From positions 2,591-66,590 of the forward strand of contig CAZPTD010000001.1 of assembly GCA_964588915.1 (NCBI GenBank): DNA of 64,000 nucleotides, written 5' to 3'. Positions 44,801-54,146 of this stretch are shown here, in pieces; the first letter of the stretch is position 1, and every line of letters begins with the position of its first letter. Origin of the DNA: an uncultured Neomegalonema sp. (GTDB taxonomy: Bacteria; Pseudomonadota; Alphaproteobacteria; Rhodobacterales; Rhodobacteraceae). A program made the position numbers and the translations under genes. The notes beneath the pieces were generated by a model that did not search any database, had not been told where the DNA came from, and was given only the letters and a program-made list of their open reading frames with translations.

Positions 44801-45943
44801 ATGCTTCTGTCTGACGACTTCGGCTTCGGCGCGCAGATCCGCAGATCCCCTTATTTCGACGCGACGGTCCGCTGGGGCGCCAAAGGCTTCTCCGTTTACA
44901 ACCACATGTATATTCCGCGGGATTTCGGCGACCCGGAACAGAATTTCTGGAATCTCGTCAACGACGCGATCCTCTGCGACGTCGCGGTCGAGCGCCAGGT
45001 GGAGATCACCGGGCCGGACGCCGCCCGCTTCGTTCAGTATCTGACCCCGCGCGACATCTCGACGATGGCCGTCGGTCAATGCAAATACGCGCTCGTCACC
45101 AACGCCGACGGCGGGATCCTGAACGATCCGATCCTGCTCCGGCTCGGTGAGCGCCGCTTCTGGCTGTCGCTCGCCGACAGCGACATCCTGCTCTGGGCGC
45201 AGGGCGTCGCCGTACATTCGGGCATGGACGTCACGATCCGGGAGCCGGACGTGTCGCCGCTGCAGCTGCAGGGGCCGAAGTCGGGCGCGATCATGCGCAC
45301 GCTCTTCGGCGAGAGCGTCATGGACCTGCGCTATTTCTGGCTGCGCGACGTGCGGCTGGATGGAATTCCGCTGATCGTTTCGCGCACCGGCTGGTCCGGC
45401 GAATTGGGATACGAACTCTATCTGCGGGACGGGTCGCGCGGCGACGAGTTGTGGGAGAGGATCATGGCGGCGGGCGAACCCTTCGGTCTCAAGCCCGGGC
45501 ACACTTCTTCGATCCGCCGCATCGAAGCCGCCATGTTGTCCTATCACGCCGACGCGGACATCGACACCAATCCCTTCGAACTCGGGCTCGACCGGCTCGT
45601 CAACCTCGACATGGAGGCCGACTTCATCGGCAAAGCCGCGCTGCGCCGCATTCGCCGAGAAGGCGTCCGCCGTCGGCAGGTGGGGCTCGTGATCGACGGC
45701 CCGCCGTTGAAGGGGCCCAACACGACGTTCTGGCCCGTCAAGAAGGACGGGGCCGCCATAGGCAAGGTGACCTCCGCCGTCTATTCGCCCCGGCTCGACC
45801 AGAATATCGCATTGGCGATGATCTCGGCCGATCTCGCCGTCATCGGCAACGCGCTCGAGGTCGTCGCCAATTCCGAAACGGTCGGGGCCGCGATCGTCGA
45901 GCGGCCGTTCTACGACCCGAAGAAAAAGATCGCCGCCGCTTGA
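44801..45943 (+). CDS. GcvT-family aminomethyltransferase, DmdA (DMSP demethylase)-like
   Basis: ORF 44795..45943. The ATG at 44801 is preferred because AAGGAGGG lies 8 nt upstream. RRSPYFDATVRWGAKGFSVYNHMYIPRDF, CDVAVERQVEITGPDA, GGILNDPILLRL...FWLSLADSD and SRTGWSGELGYELY resemble DmdA-type sequences from memory. Confidence 0.85.
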   Translation: MLLSDDFGFGAQIRRSPYFDATVRWGAKGFSVYNHMYIPRDFGDPEQNFWNLVNDAILCDVAVERQVEITGPDAARFVQYLTPRDISTMAVGQCKYALVTNADGGILNDPILLRLGERRFWLSLADSDILLWAQGVAVHSGMDVTIREPDVSPLQLQGPKSGAIMRTLFGESVMDLRYFWLRDVRLDGIPLIVSRTGWSGELGYELYLRDGSRGDELWERIMAAGEPFGLKPGHTSSIRRIEAAMLSYHADADIDTNPFELGLDRLVNLDMEADFIGKAALRRIRREGVRRRQVGLVIDGPPLKGPNTTFWPVKKDGAAIGKVTSAVYSPRLDQNIALAMISADLAVIGNALEVVANSETVGAAIVERPFYDPKKKIAAA

Positions 45944-45968
45944 GCGCCGCCGCCGGAATCGGCGGCGC
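45944..45968 (+). terminator. GC hairpin after the DmdA-like gene (perfect 9-bp stem GCGCCGCCG/CGGCGGCGC, 7-nt loop)
   Basis: Starts 1 nt after the stop codon. The U-tract is weak (GTCCTGATGG), so function as a terminator is an inference. Confidence 0.4.
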
Positions 45969-46197
45969 GTCCTGATGGCGCATCGCGCGAGATCCGCGCG
46001 CTCGTTCTTTCCGACGAAATCGTATTGATGCGTATTGACATGAGAGCGCGTCCGAACCCTTCGGAGCCGCCTTGCTCCGGCTTGATCGTCGGCTCGAGCC
46101 GCAGTCCTGCCGGCCTCCGGCCGGCTGGCGACCGACCCGCCCCGGGGCGGCCGCCGCTCCGCTCCAGCGTTTCGGCTCCGAACGGTTCGAATGCGCC

Positions 46198-47262
46198 CTA
46201 GTCGATGCCGAGGGCGGCGCGCCAGCGGCGCAGGAAGCGCTCGCGCTTATGCTGATCCAAGCCGACGAGCAGGATCGGCGAGAGCCGCAAGGGGCGCAGC
46301 GACGTCGTCGCGCCGTCGAAAACGAGCCGATCCTCGGCGCCGCCGCCGGTGACGTCGAAGATCAGATACGCCTCTTCGAGCGCGGCCCGCCCCTCCGGCG
46401 ACAACAGATAGTCGATGAAACGGCCCGCCGCCGCGCTCTCGCGCGCATGCCGCGGGATCAGCACGGCGCGGCTCAGGATCAAGGTGTAGTCGCTCGGCGC
46501 GACGACGACGATGCTCGGATCCTCCTCCGCCCGGGCGAGCGCATAGGGGCCGAGCACGTTGTAGGCGACGAGATAGCGCCCGGTCGCCACGCCGTCGACG
46601 AGATCGCTCGAGCAGCAGGCGGTCTCGACGCCCGCGCGGCCGAAGGCCTCCAAGAGGCTCCCGAAGGTCGTCGCCTGCTGGGAGTCGGCGACGGCGAGCA
46701 TATAGCCGAGCCCCGAGGCTTCGATATCGTAGGTCGCGATCCTGCCGGCGTAGCGGGTGTCGGCCGGCCGCAGCAGATCGAGCAGGTCGAAGCGCGAGCG
46801 CGGCGCTTCATCGGGCGGCACCAGATCGCGATTGTAGATGATCACCGCCGGCTCGCTGGTCACGCCGAAGACCTCGTCGCGCCAGCGCGCGCTCGCCGAC
46901 AACGCCGCGGTCGCCTCGGATCGGTAGGTGAGCGCGCAGCCGTCATTGACGAGCTTCACCTGCAGATCGATCGCGGAGGAGATGACGAGATCGGCCGCCG
47001 CGGCGCCGTCGCGACAGGCCTCGGCCGTCGCCTCGTAGAGATCGTTCGACGCCCATTGCTCGTACTCGACGCGCAGTCCCGGCGTTGCGGCGACGAAGCC
47101 TTCGAGCGCCGGCGCGAACACCGGAATGTCGGTCGTTCCGCGCACGACGAGCGCGACGGGCGCGGCGTCCGGGCCGAAGCTCTTCACCGCCTCTGGCGTC
47201 TGGCCGCCGGCCGGCGACGCGAGCGCCAGACAGGCCGCCGCCAATGCAAAGCGCCGCTTCAA
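46198..47262 (-). CDS. Periplasmic solute-binding protein (family-1 / iron- or polyamine-type fold) with no cognate ABC permease or ATPase nearby
   Basis: C-terminal 354 codons of ORF 46198..47604. The proposed TTG start at 47262 overlaps the kinase stop (TTGA). Signal LKRRFALAAACLALASPAGGQ. The start is uncertain. Confidence 0.72.
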   Translation of the reverse strand: MKRRFALAAACLALASPAGGQTPEAVKSFGPDAAPVALVVRGTTDIPVFAPALEGFVAATPGLRVEYEQWASNDLYEATAEACRDGAAAADLVISSAIDLQVKLVNDGCALTYRSEATAALSASARWRDEVFGVTSEPAVIIYNRDLVPPDEAPRSRFDLLDLLRPADTRYAGRIATYDIEASGLGYMLAVADSQQATTFGSLLEAFGRAGVETACCSSDLVDGVATGRYLVAYNVLGPYALARAEEDPSIVVVAPSDYTLILSRAVLIPRHARESAAAGRFIDYLLSPEGRAALEEAYLIFDVTGGGAEDRLVFDGATTSLRPLRLSPILLVGLDQHKRERFLRRWRAALGID

Positions 47263-48647
47263 GAGCCCGCCTTCTTCGCCGACGCCAAGACGATCGCCGC
47301 CTCGAAGGCGCCGTCCGACGTCCTGGCGAATCGCAGCTTGCCGCCATGCGCCGCCGCGACGGCGCGCACGATCGACAGGCCGAAGCCCGCGCTTTCGGAC
47401 GAAACTCCTCGGTCTCTGGCCGGCCGCGCGGCCGCGTCGCGCCAAAGATGCTGCGGGACGCCCTCGCCGCGATCGCGGACACCCATCCACGCGCTGCCGC
47501 CCTCCTGGCCGACGACGACGCTGACGGGCGCCGCGCCATGGCGAAAGGCGTTGACGACCAGATTCTTGACCGCCTCGACCAGCGAAAGAGAGTCGGCGAC
47601 GCACGGGACGGGCTCTTCGGGAAGCTCGAGCCGAAGCTCGGCTTTCGCCGCCAAGATCTGGTGGTCGCTCTCGTTCACCGCTTCGATCGCGACCGCGCGC
47701 AGATCGATCCGCTCATGCGGCGACGCGTCGGCGCGGTGGATGACGAGCGCGTAGCTGAGGAGCTGATCGGTCAGCCGGCTGAGCTTGACCAAACGCTCAT
47801 GGATCCAGACCACCTGCGCGCGCTGGCGCTCGGGCGCTTCTTCGTCGGCCGCGAGCTCGGCCTGGGCGCGCAGGGCGGCGATGGGCGTGCGCAGCTGATG
47901 CGACGCGTCGCCGATCATCCGGCGCATCACGGTGACCTGACGGTCGATCCGCGCCATGAACCGGTTGAGCGTTCCGACCAGGCTCGAGACTTCGCGCGGC
48001 GCCGTGATGTCGATCCGGCTCAAGTCCTCCGGCGCGCGCGCGGCGAGAACGCGCTCGATCCGCCGAAGCGGCCCGAGCGCCGAGCGCGCCGCGAAGATCG
48101 CGAGCGCCGACATGACGAGCCCCGCCAGCCCGGCGGCGATCAACGCGCGCTCGGTGATCGCGCGCGCCATCGCGTCCCGAGCGATCATCGTTTGCCCGAC
48201 GATGATCGTGACCTCGCCGCGAAATCCCCGCTCCGCGAAAGGGCGCCGCACCGCGGCCAAGCGCACGACGTCGTCGCCGAAGCGCCCGAAATAGAGCAGG
48301 TCGCGGTCCTGCGGCGGCGCCGCTTCCGCATAGCCGGTCAGGAGCCGCCCGTCCGGCGCGTAGACCGCATAGACGATGCGGTCTTCCGGCGCCAAGGCGA
48401 GCAGCTCGAACGCGGATCTCGGGATGTCGACGAGAACCTCTCCGCGCTCGAGCTCGATCGAGCCCGCGATGTCGTTGGCCGCGCCGAGCAGGAGCCGATC
48501 GAACGACTCCTCGGCCGCGTTTCGGCCGAACGCGAAGGCGGCCACCGCCACGGCGACGCCGCCGACCAGGAAGGTCACGATCATGGCGACGGCGATCCGC
48601 GCCGTCAGCGAATGAGCGCCTCGGCTGGCGTCAGCCTTGGTCGACAA
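47259..48647 (-). CDS. tctE: Sensor histidine kinase, TctE-like
   Basis: 462 aa. N-terminal sensor segment with FDRLLLGAANDIAGSI (TctE/QseC-type), H-box ASHQLRTPIAAL, and an ATPase domain (G-box GFGLSIV). Confidence 0.85.
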   Translation of the reverse strand: MSTKADASRGAHSLTARIAVAMIVTFLVGGVAVAVAAFAFGRNAAEESFDRLLLGAANDIAGSIELERGEVLVDIPRSAFELLALAPEDRIVYAVYAPDGRLLTGYAEAAPPQDRDLLYFGRFGDDVVRLAAVRRPFAERGFRGEVTIIVGQTMIARDAMARAITERALIAAGLAGLVMSALAIFAARSALGPLRRIERVLAARAPEDLSRIDITAPREVSSLVGTLNRFMARIDRQVTVMRRMIGDASHQLRTPIAALRAQAELAADEEAPERQRAQVVWIHERLVKLSRLTDQLLSYALVIHRADASPHERIDLRAVAIEAVNESDHQILAAKAELRLELPEEPVPCVADSLSLVEAVKNLVVNAFRHGAAPVSVVVGQEGGSAWMGVRDRGEGVPQHLWRDAAARPARDRGVSSESAGFGLSIVRAVAAAHGGKLRFARTSDGAFEAAIVLASAKKAGS

Positions 48648-49302
48648 GCTGGTAACCGAGGCCGCGCAGGGTCTTGATCGAGACCGAGCTTGCGCTCAAC
48701 TTGCGCCGCAGCCGCGCGATGTAGATCTCGATGGCGTTTATGCCGACCTCTTCTTCATTGAAGCAAAACATCCGATCGTGGATTTTCTCTTTCGAAACCA
48801 CACGCCCGCGATTCGTCAGCAAGATCTCGAAAAGGCTCATCTCGCGCCGCGTCAGCGTCAGGGCTTCTCCGCGCACGGCGACGGCCGGCCCGACCGGATC
48901 GAACCGCACGTCGCCGAACTCGAGGATCGGCGCGCAATTCTCGCTCGAACGCCGCGCGATCGCGCGGACGCGCGCCTGCACTTCGCGCAGGTCGAAGGGC
49001 TTCACCACATAGTCGTCGGCGCCGTCGTCGAGCGCCGCGATGCGCTCGTCGACCTCGGCGCGCGCCGTCAAGATCAGCGCCGGCGTGCGCTTGCCATTGG
49101 CGCGCAGCTTCGGAAGCAGGTCGGTGCCGTCGCCGTCGGGCAGCTCGATGTCGAGGATCACGACGTCGTAGTCGGACACGGCGAGCATGTCGCGCGCGTC
49201 GGCGACGCTGGCCGCGTGGTCGACGGCGTCGCCGCGCCTTGCGAAGCTGATCACGATGGCGTCGGCGACGTCCTGCGCGTCTTCGACGAGAAGCAACCGC
49301 AT
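48631..49302 (-). CDS. tctD: OmpR-family response regulator, TctD-like
   Basis: 223 aa. Receiver domain (MRLLLVEDA...DVVILDIELPDGDG) plus a winged-helix output (IKTLRGLGYQL). Confidence 0.9.
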   Translation of the reverse strand: MRLLLVEDAQDVADAIVISFARRGDAVDHAASVADARDMLAVSDYDVVILDIELPDGDGTDLLPKLRANGKRTPALILTARAEVDERIAALDDGADDYVVKPFDLREVQARVRAIARRSSENCAPILEFGDVRFDPVGPAVAVRGEALTLTRREMSLFEILLTNRGRVVSKEKIHDRMFCFNEEEVGINAIEIYIARLRRKLSASSVSIKTLRGLGYQLVDQG

Positions 49303-49604
49303 TCGTCCCTGTCCCTTCGGCGACGTTGCGCGCGCCGTTGGGCGACGAGCCTAGAGGCATTCCGCGCGCCAGCCAAGGCGAGGGCGCTCCGGACGGCGAA
49401 TTGCGCCTTCGGGCGAACGATGACAGGTTCGTGAAAGGATTTGCGTCTAGGTCTGACGCTGTCCGATCCGAGTCGCCGCAAGAGCGGCTCCAAGAAGTAG
49501 GACGAAGATCCGCGCGTCCACTTGACCTTTGTCCGGCGACGCGCGACGGCAAGAGTCTCCGAGCGCAAGGGCTCGGACAAAACGAACGCGATCGGGAGGA
49601 TCGA

Positions 49605-50585
49605 ATGAAACAGCTTCAACGCGGCCTCGCGGCCGCGGCGCTCGCCGTGAGCGCCGTCGCCGCCGGCGGCTTCGCCTCGCCGGCCTCCGCCGAGGAATGC
49701 ATCGCCCCTGCGAACCCGGGCGGCGGCTGGGACTTCACCTGCCGCACGATCGGCCAGATCATGTACGAGATCGGCGTCGTCTCCGATCCGATCCAGGTGA
49801 CGAACATGGCCGGCGGCGGCGGCGGCTTGGCCTACACTCATGTCGTCAACGAGCGCGGAACCGACGAAGATCTGATCGTCGCGGCGTCCTCGGCGACGGC
49901 GACGCGACTCGCGCAAAACGCCTATGCCGGACACACGCCGGACGAAGTGCGGTTCCTCGGCGCGATCGGCGCGGATCCGGGCGTCATCGTCGTCGCGGCG
50001 GACTCGCCCTATCAGTCGCTCACCGACCTTCTCGACGCGGTGCAGGCGAACCCGGCCTCGATCACTTTCGCCGGCGGCTCCGCGGCGGGCGGCTTCGATC
50101 ATCTCAAAGTGCTGATGGCGCTGGCGCGCGTCGGCTACACCGACATCGCGTCGGTGAAGTATGTCGGCCTCGACGGCGGCGCCGACGCGATCACGCAGAC
50201 GATCGGCGGCTTCACCCAAGCGATGACCGGCGACATGTCGGAGGTTGTCGGCTTCCTTCAGAGCGGCGACATCCGCGTGCTGGCCGTCTTCACCGAAGAG
50301 CGCGTGCCGGGCTTCGAGGACATCCCGACCGCGCGCGAGCAGGGCGTCGACGTCATCGCGGTGAACTGGCGCGGCCTTTACGTGCCGGGCGAGATCTCGG
50401 ACGAGGCCTATCAGCGCTGGGTGGACGCGCTGCAGCAGGTCGCCGACTCGGAGGAGTGGGCCGAGGCCATGGTGGCGAACGGTCTGGCGCCGTTCACGCT
50501 CGTCGGTCCGGAGTTCGAGGACTATCTCGCCGGCGTGATCGGCGAGATCCAAACGATGTCGCGCGATCTCGGCGTCATCCAATAA
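49605..50585 (+). CDS. tctC: Tripartite tricarboxylate transporter substrate-binding protein
   Basis: ORF 49326..50585 trimmed to the ATG at 49605 after GGGAGGA. Signal MKQLQRGLAAAALAVSAVAAGGFASPASA. TctC-like body (TNMAGGGGGLAYTHV). Confidence 0.88.
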   Translation: MKQLQRGLAAAALAVSAVAAGGFASPASAEECIAPANPGGGWDFTCRTIGQIMYEIGVVSDPIQVTNMAGGGGGLAYTHVVNERGTDEDLIVAASSATATRLAQNAYAGHTPDEVRFLGAIGADPGVIVVAADSPYQSLTDLLDAVQANPASITFAGGSAAGGFDHLKVLMALARVGYTDIASVKYVGLDGGADAITQTIGGFTQAMTGDMSEVVGFLQSGDIRVLAVFTEERVPGFEDIPTAREQGVDVIAVNWRGLYVPGEISDEAYQRWVDALQQVADSEEWAEAMVANGLAPFTLVGPEFEDYLAGVIGEIQTMSRDLGVIQ

Positions 50586-50586
50586 C

Positions 50587-51087
50587 ATGAGCGACCGCGT
50601 CTTCGGCCTGATCCTATTCGGCGTCGCCGGCTTCTTCATCTACACGGCGACGCAGATTCAGACGAGCCTCTTGTCCGACCCGGTCGGGCCGAAGATGTTC
50701 CCCATCATTGTCGGCTCGGTGGCGATCGTCGCCGCCATCGTCGTCATGGCCTTTCCGGACGACGAGCCGGATTGGCCGCGCCCCAGGAGCCTCGGCGTCA
50801 TCGCGATCGCCATCGTCGTGCTCGGCCTCTACGCCTATTCGGTGAACCCGGCCGGCTTCCTCGTTCCGACCGCCATCGCGTCCGGAGCGATCAGCTACTT
50901 GATCGCGCCGAAGCCCGCTCAGGCCGTGCTCGCCGGCCTCGGCGTCGCGATCGTTCTCTTCTTCGTCTTCAAATTCGCCCTCGGCCTCAGCCTCCGCGGA
51001 TTCCCGCGCGAGTGGGCGGAGCTCAATGGCGGGATCGACGACATCGGTCGCTTCTTTCGCGACGTGTTCTCGGATCGCGAGCGATGA
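50587..51087 (+). CDS. tctB: Tripartite tricarboxylate transporter small permease
   Basis: 166 aa, 4 TM segments, immediately downstream of tctC. GPKMFPIIVG motif. Confidence 0.85.
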   Translation: MSDRVFGLILFGVAGFFIYTATQIQTSLLSDPVGPKMFPIIVGSVAIVAAIVVMAFPDDEPDWPRPRSLGVIAIAIVVLGLYAYSVNPAGFLVPTAIASGAISYLIAPKPAQAVLAGLGVAIVLFFVFKFALGLSLRGFPREWAELNGGIDDIGRFFRDVFSDRER

Positions 51088-51119
51088 CGCGCCGCGCTGA
51101 CCACGAACGGAGCCGCTGA

Positions 51120-52643
51120 ATGGAAACGCTGTCGCTCCTGGCCGACGGCTTCTCGGTCGCGCTGACCTGGCAGAATCTCGGTCTCGCGATGCTCGGCTGC
51201 ATGCTCGGCACGATCATCGGCGCGCTGCCCGGCCTCGGCCCGTCGAACGGCGTCGCCATCCTGATCCCGCTCGTCGTCTCCTTCGGCCTCGACGCCACCG
51301 CCGCCCTGGTGCTGCTGACCAGCGTCTATTACGGCGCGATGTATGGCGGGCGGATCTCCTCGATCCTGCTCAATATTCCCGGCGACGAGCCGGCCTTGAT
51401 GACGACGCTCGACGGCTATCCGATGGCCAAGCAAGGCAAGGCGGCCGAGGCGCTGGTGCTTTCGGGCGTCGCGTCCTTCGTCGGCGCCTTCCTGGCGACG
51501 ATCGGCCTCATCATCCTCGCGCCGGTGCTGGCGCGCGTCGCCTATCTCTTCGGGCCGGCCGAGTATTTCGCGCTCTACATGCTCGCCTTCTGCACGCTCG
51601 GCGGCGTCGCCGCCGGCAACCAGGCGAAGTCGGTGATCGCCGCCTGCATCGGCCTCTCGGTCGGCATGATCGGGCTCGACAACTTCTCCGGCCTGCCGCG
51701 GCTCACCTTCGGCGAGATCCATCTCAATGACGGCGTCGACTTCATCGTGCCGCTCGTCGGCATGTTCGCGGTGGCGGAGGTGTTCTTCTTCATCGAGAGC
51801 CACGGCCGCGACTCGGCGGTCGGCGTCAAGCTCGGCAAGCTGCTGATCCCGTGGCGCGACATGCTGCGCACGCTGCCAACGATGCTGCGCTCGACCGTCA
51901 TCGGCTTCTTCGCCGGCGTGCTGCCGGGCGCGGGCGCCTCTCTCGGCAGTTTCTTGAGCTACATGTCCGAGAAGTCGCTCGCCAAGGACAGCGAGAAGTT
52001 CGGCACGGGCGATCCGCGCGGCGTCGCCGCGCCCGAGTCCGGCAACAACGCGGCGGCGGGCGGCGCCCTCGTGCCGATGCTGACGCTCGGCGTGCCCGGC
52101 TCCGGCACCACCGCGGTGCTCTTGGCGCTCCTGGTGACGCTCGACATCACGCCCGGCCCGACGCTCTTCACCGAAAAGGCCGACGTCGTCTGGGGCCTGA
52201 TCGCGGCGCTCGTCCTCGCCAACGTCATGCTCTTGATCTTGAACGTGCCGATGGTGCGGATCTTCGTCTACATCCTCGCGGTGCCGCCCTGGGTGCTGTT
52301 GCCGGGCGTGACCATGGTCTCCTTCGCCGGCATCTACTCGCTCTCGGGCAGCACCTTCGACTTGTTCTTCATGATCGGCTTCGGCGTCCTCGGCTACGTG
52401 CTCCGAAAACTCGGCGTGCCGCTCGTGCCGATCATCCTCGGCATTCTGCTCGGCAAGCTGATGGAGGACAGTCTGCGCCGCGCGATGATCCTCGCCGACG
52501 GCGTCTACGAGTATCCGATCCTGTTCCTCTTCTCCTCGCCGGTGGCGATCGGGCTCTGGATCGCGGCGTTCCTCGGCTTCATCGCGCCGATGTTCCTGCG
52601 CCGGTTCCTGAAGCCGCCGGCGCAGCCGCATGCGAGCGCCTGA
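51120..52643 (+). CDS. tctA: Tripartite tricarboxylate transporter large permease
   Basis: 507 aa. Motifs: GALPGLGPSNGVAILIP and GVLPGAGASLGSFLSY. Confidence 0.92.
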   Translation: METLSLLADGFSVALTWQNLGLAMLGCMLGTIIGALPGLGPSNGVAILIPLVVSFGLDATAALVLLTSVYYGAMYGGRISSILLNIPGDEPALMTTLDGYPMAKQGKAAEALVLSGVASFVGAFLATIGLIILAPVLARVAYLFGPAEYFALYMLAFCTLGGVAAGNQAKSVIAACIGLSVGMIGLDNFSGLPRLTFGEIHLNDGVDFIVPLVGMFAVAEVFFFIESHGRDSAVGVKLGKLLIPWRDMLRTLPTMLRSTVIGFFAGVLPGAGASLGSFLSYMSEKSLAKDSEKFGTGDPRGVAAPESGNNAAAGGALVPMLTLGVPGSGTTAVLLALLVTLDITPGPTLFTEKADVVWGLIAALVLANVMLLILNVPMVRIFVYILAVPPWVLLPGVTMVSFAGIYSLSGSTFDLFFMIGFGVLGYVLRKLGVPLVPIILGILLGKLMEDSLRRAMILADGVYEYPILFLFSSPVAIGLWIAAFLGFIAPMFLRRFLKPPAQPHASA

Positions 52644-52730
52644 CGCGGCCGACGCGGCGGCGATCGCTGGCGCGCCGGCGCCGAGTTCGATAGGGTTCGC
52701 GAACGGACGTGCAGGGAGGCGAGCCGCGCG

Positions 52731-54146
52731 ATGAGCGATCAGAAACGGACGATGGCGGCCGACGCCGTCAAAGTGTTGGTGCCGAGCGGCGTGCTCGGCC
52801 TCGGCTTCGACGCCGACGCGCTCGCGCGCGGGATCGCGGCGGAGCCCGACGTCATCGTGATCGACGGCGGCTCGACCGATAGCGGCCCGTTCTATCTCGG
52901 CGCCGGCGAGTCGAAATACGCCCGCGCCGCGACCAAGGCCGAATGGCGCGCGCTCCTCGCCGCCCGCGCCGAGGCCGGCGTTCCGCTCGTCATCGGATCG
53001 GCCGGCACCTGCGGCGTCGACGCGATGGTCGACTGGATGGTCGAGATCACCGAAGAGATCGCGGCGGAGCGCGGCGAACGGCTCCGCGTCGCGACGGTGA
53101 AGTCGTCGCAGGACCCGGAGCGGACCGCGACGGCGTGGTCGTCGGGCCTCGTCGATCCGCTCGCCGGCGGACCGGAGATCGACGACGAGACCTTGCGCGG
53201 CTGCGCCAACATCGTCGCGCTCGCCGGCGCCGAGCATATCCAGGGCGCGCTCGAGACGGGCGCCGACGTGATCATCGCCGGCCGCGCGACCGACACGGCG
53301 AGCGTCGCGGCGCTGCCGATCCTCAAGGGCATGCATGACGGCGCCGCCTGGCACGCGGCCAAGATCGCCGAATGCGGCGCGCTCTGCTCGACCCATCCGA
53401 CGAGCGGCGTCATCATGGTCAGCGTCGACCGCGAGGGCTTCACGGTCGAGCCGATGCGCGCCTCGGCGCGCTGCACGCCGCATTCGGTCTCGGCGCATAT
53501 GCTCTATGAGAACAGCGATCCCTTCGTGCTCTACGAGCCCGGCGGCCGGCTCGACGTGACCAACGCCCGCTACGCGGCGCTCGACAAGCGGCGCGTGCGC
53601 GTCACCGGCTCGGAGTGGATCGCGTCGACGCCCTATCGCGTGAAATTGGAGGCGTCGCGGATCGCCGGCTTTCAGACCACCATCCTCGCGATCCTGCGCG
53701 AGCGGCGCTATGTCGAGAACGCGCGGGAATGGGCCGACAAGCTCCATGCGTTCCTCGTCGGCGAGATCGGAACGCGGATGGGCCTCGCGCCCGAGGACTA
53801 CACGCTCGAGTTCCGGCTGATCGGCGTCGACGCGACGCTCGGCGCGCTCGAGAACCGCGCCGGCTCGCCGGTCGAGGTCGGCGTTCTCGGGCTGGCGACC
53901 GCCGCGACGCAGGATCAGGCGGACGAGATCGCCAAGCTGATCAACCCCTGGGTGCTGCACTATCCCTTGACCGAAGACGAAGAGCTGCCGACCTTCGCCT
54001 TCCCCTTCTCGCCCGCCCACTCGCCGCGCGGCGCGCTCTACGAGTTCGCGCTCCACCACACGCTGGCGATGCGCGATCCGTGGGACGCGTTCCGGCTCGA
54101 GACCTTCGAGATCGGATCGGGAAGCGCCGCTCATGCCGCCGAGTAA
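52731..54146 (+). CDS. DUF1446 / AtuA-family protein (function unknown)
   Basis: 471 aa, soluble. The family call is partly by its obligate-looking partnership with the DUF4387 gene that overlaps its 3' end. Confidence 0.7.
   Translation: MSDQKRTMAADAVKVLVPSGVLGLGFDADALARGIAAEPDVIVIDGGSTDSGPFYLGAGESKYARAATKAEWRALLAARAEAGVPLVIGSAGTCGVDAMVDWMVEITEEIAAERGERLRVATVKSSQDPERTATAWSSGLVDPLAGGPEIDDETLRGCANIVALAGAEHIQGALETGADVIIAGRATDTASVAALPILKGMHDGAAWHAAKIAECGALCSTHPTSGVIMVSVDREGFTVEPMRASARCTPHSVSAHMLYENSDPFVLYEPGGRLDVTNARYAALDKRRVRVTGSEWIASTPYRVKLEASRIAGFQTTILAILRERRYVENAREWADKLHAFLVGEIGTRMGLAPEDYTLEFRLIGVDATLGALENRAGSPVEVGVLGLATAATQDQADEIAKLINPWVLHYPLTEDEELPTFAFPFSPAHSPRGALYEFALHHTLAMRDPWDAFRLETFEIGSGSAAHAAE

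Noticed and set aside
46021-46040. Direct repeat CGTATTGA-TG-CGTATTGA-CA in the AT-rich patch of the convergent gap between the DmdA-like gene and the orphan binding-protein gene. It contains a TTGAC -35-like word.
   Set aside because: No downstream ORF or structured RNA that I can support. The repeat is short and could be chance. It is noted only as a place to look for an unannotated small RNA in transcriptome data.
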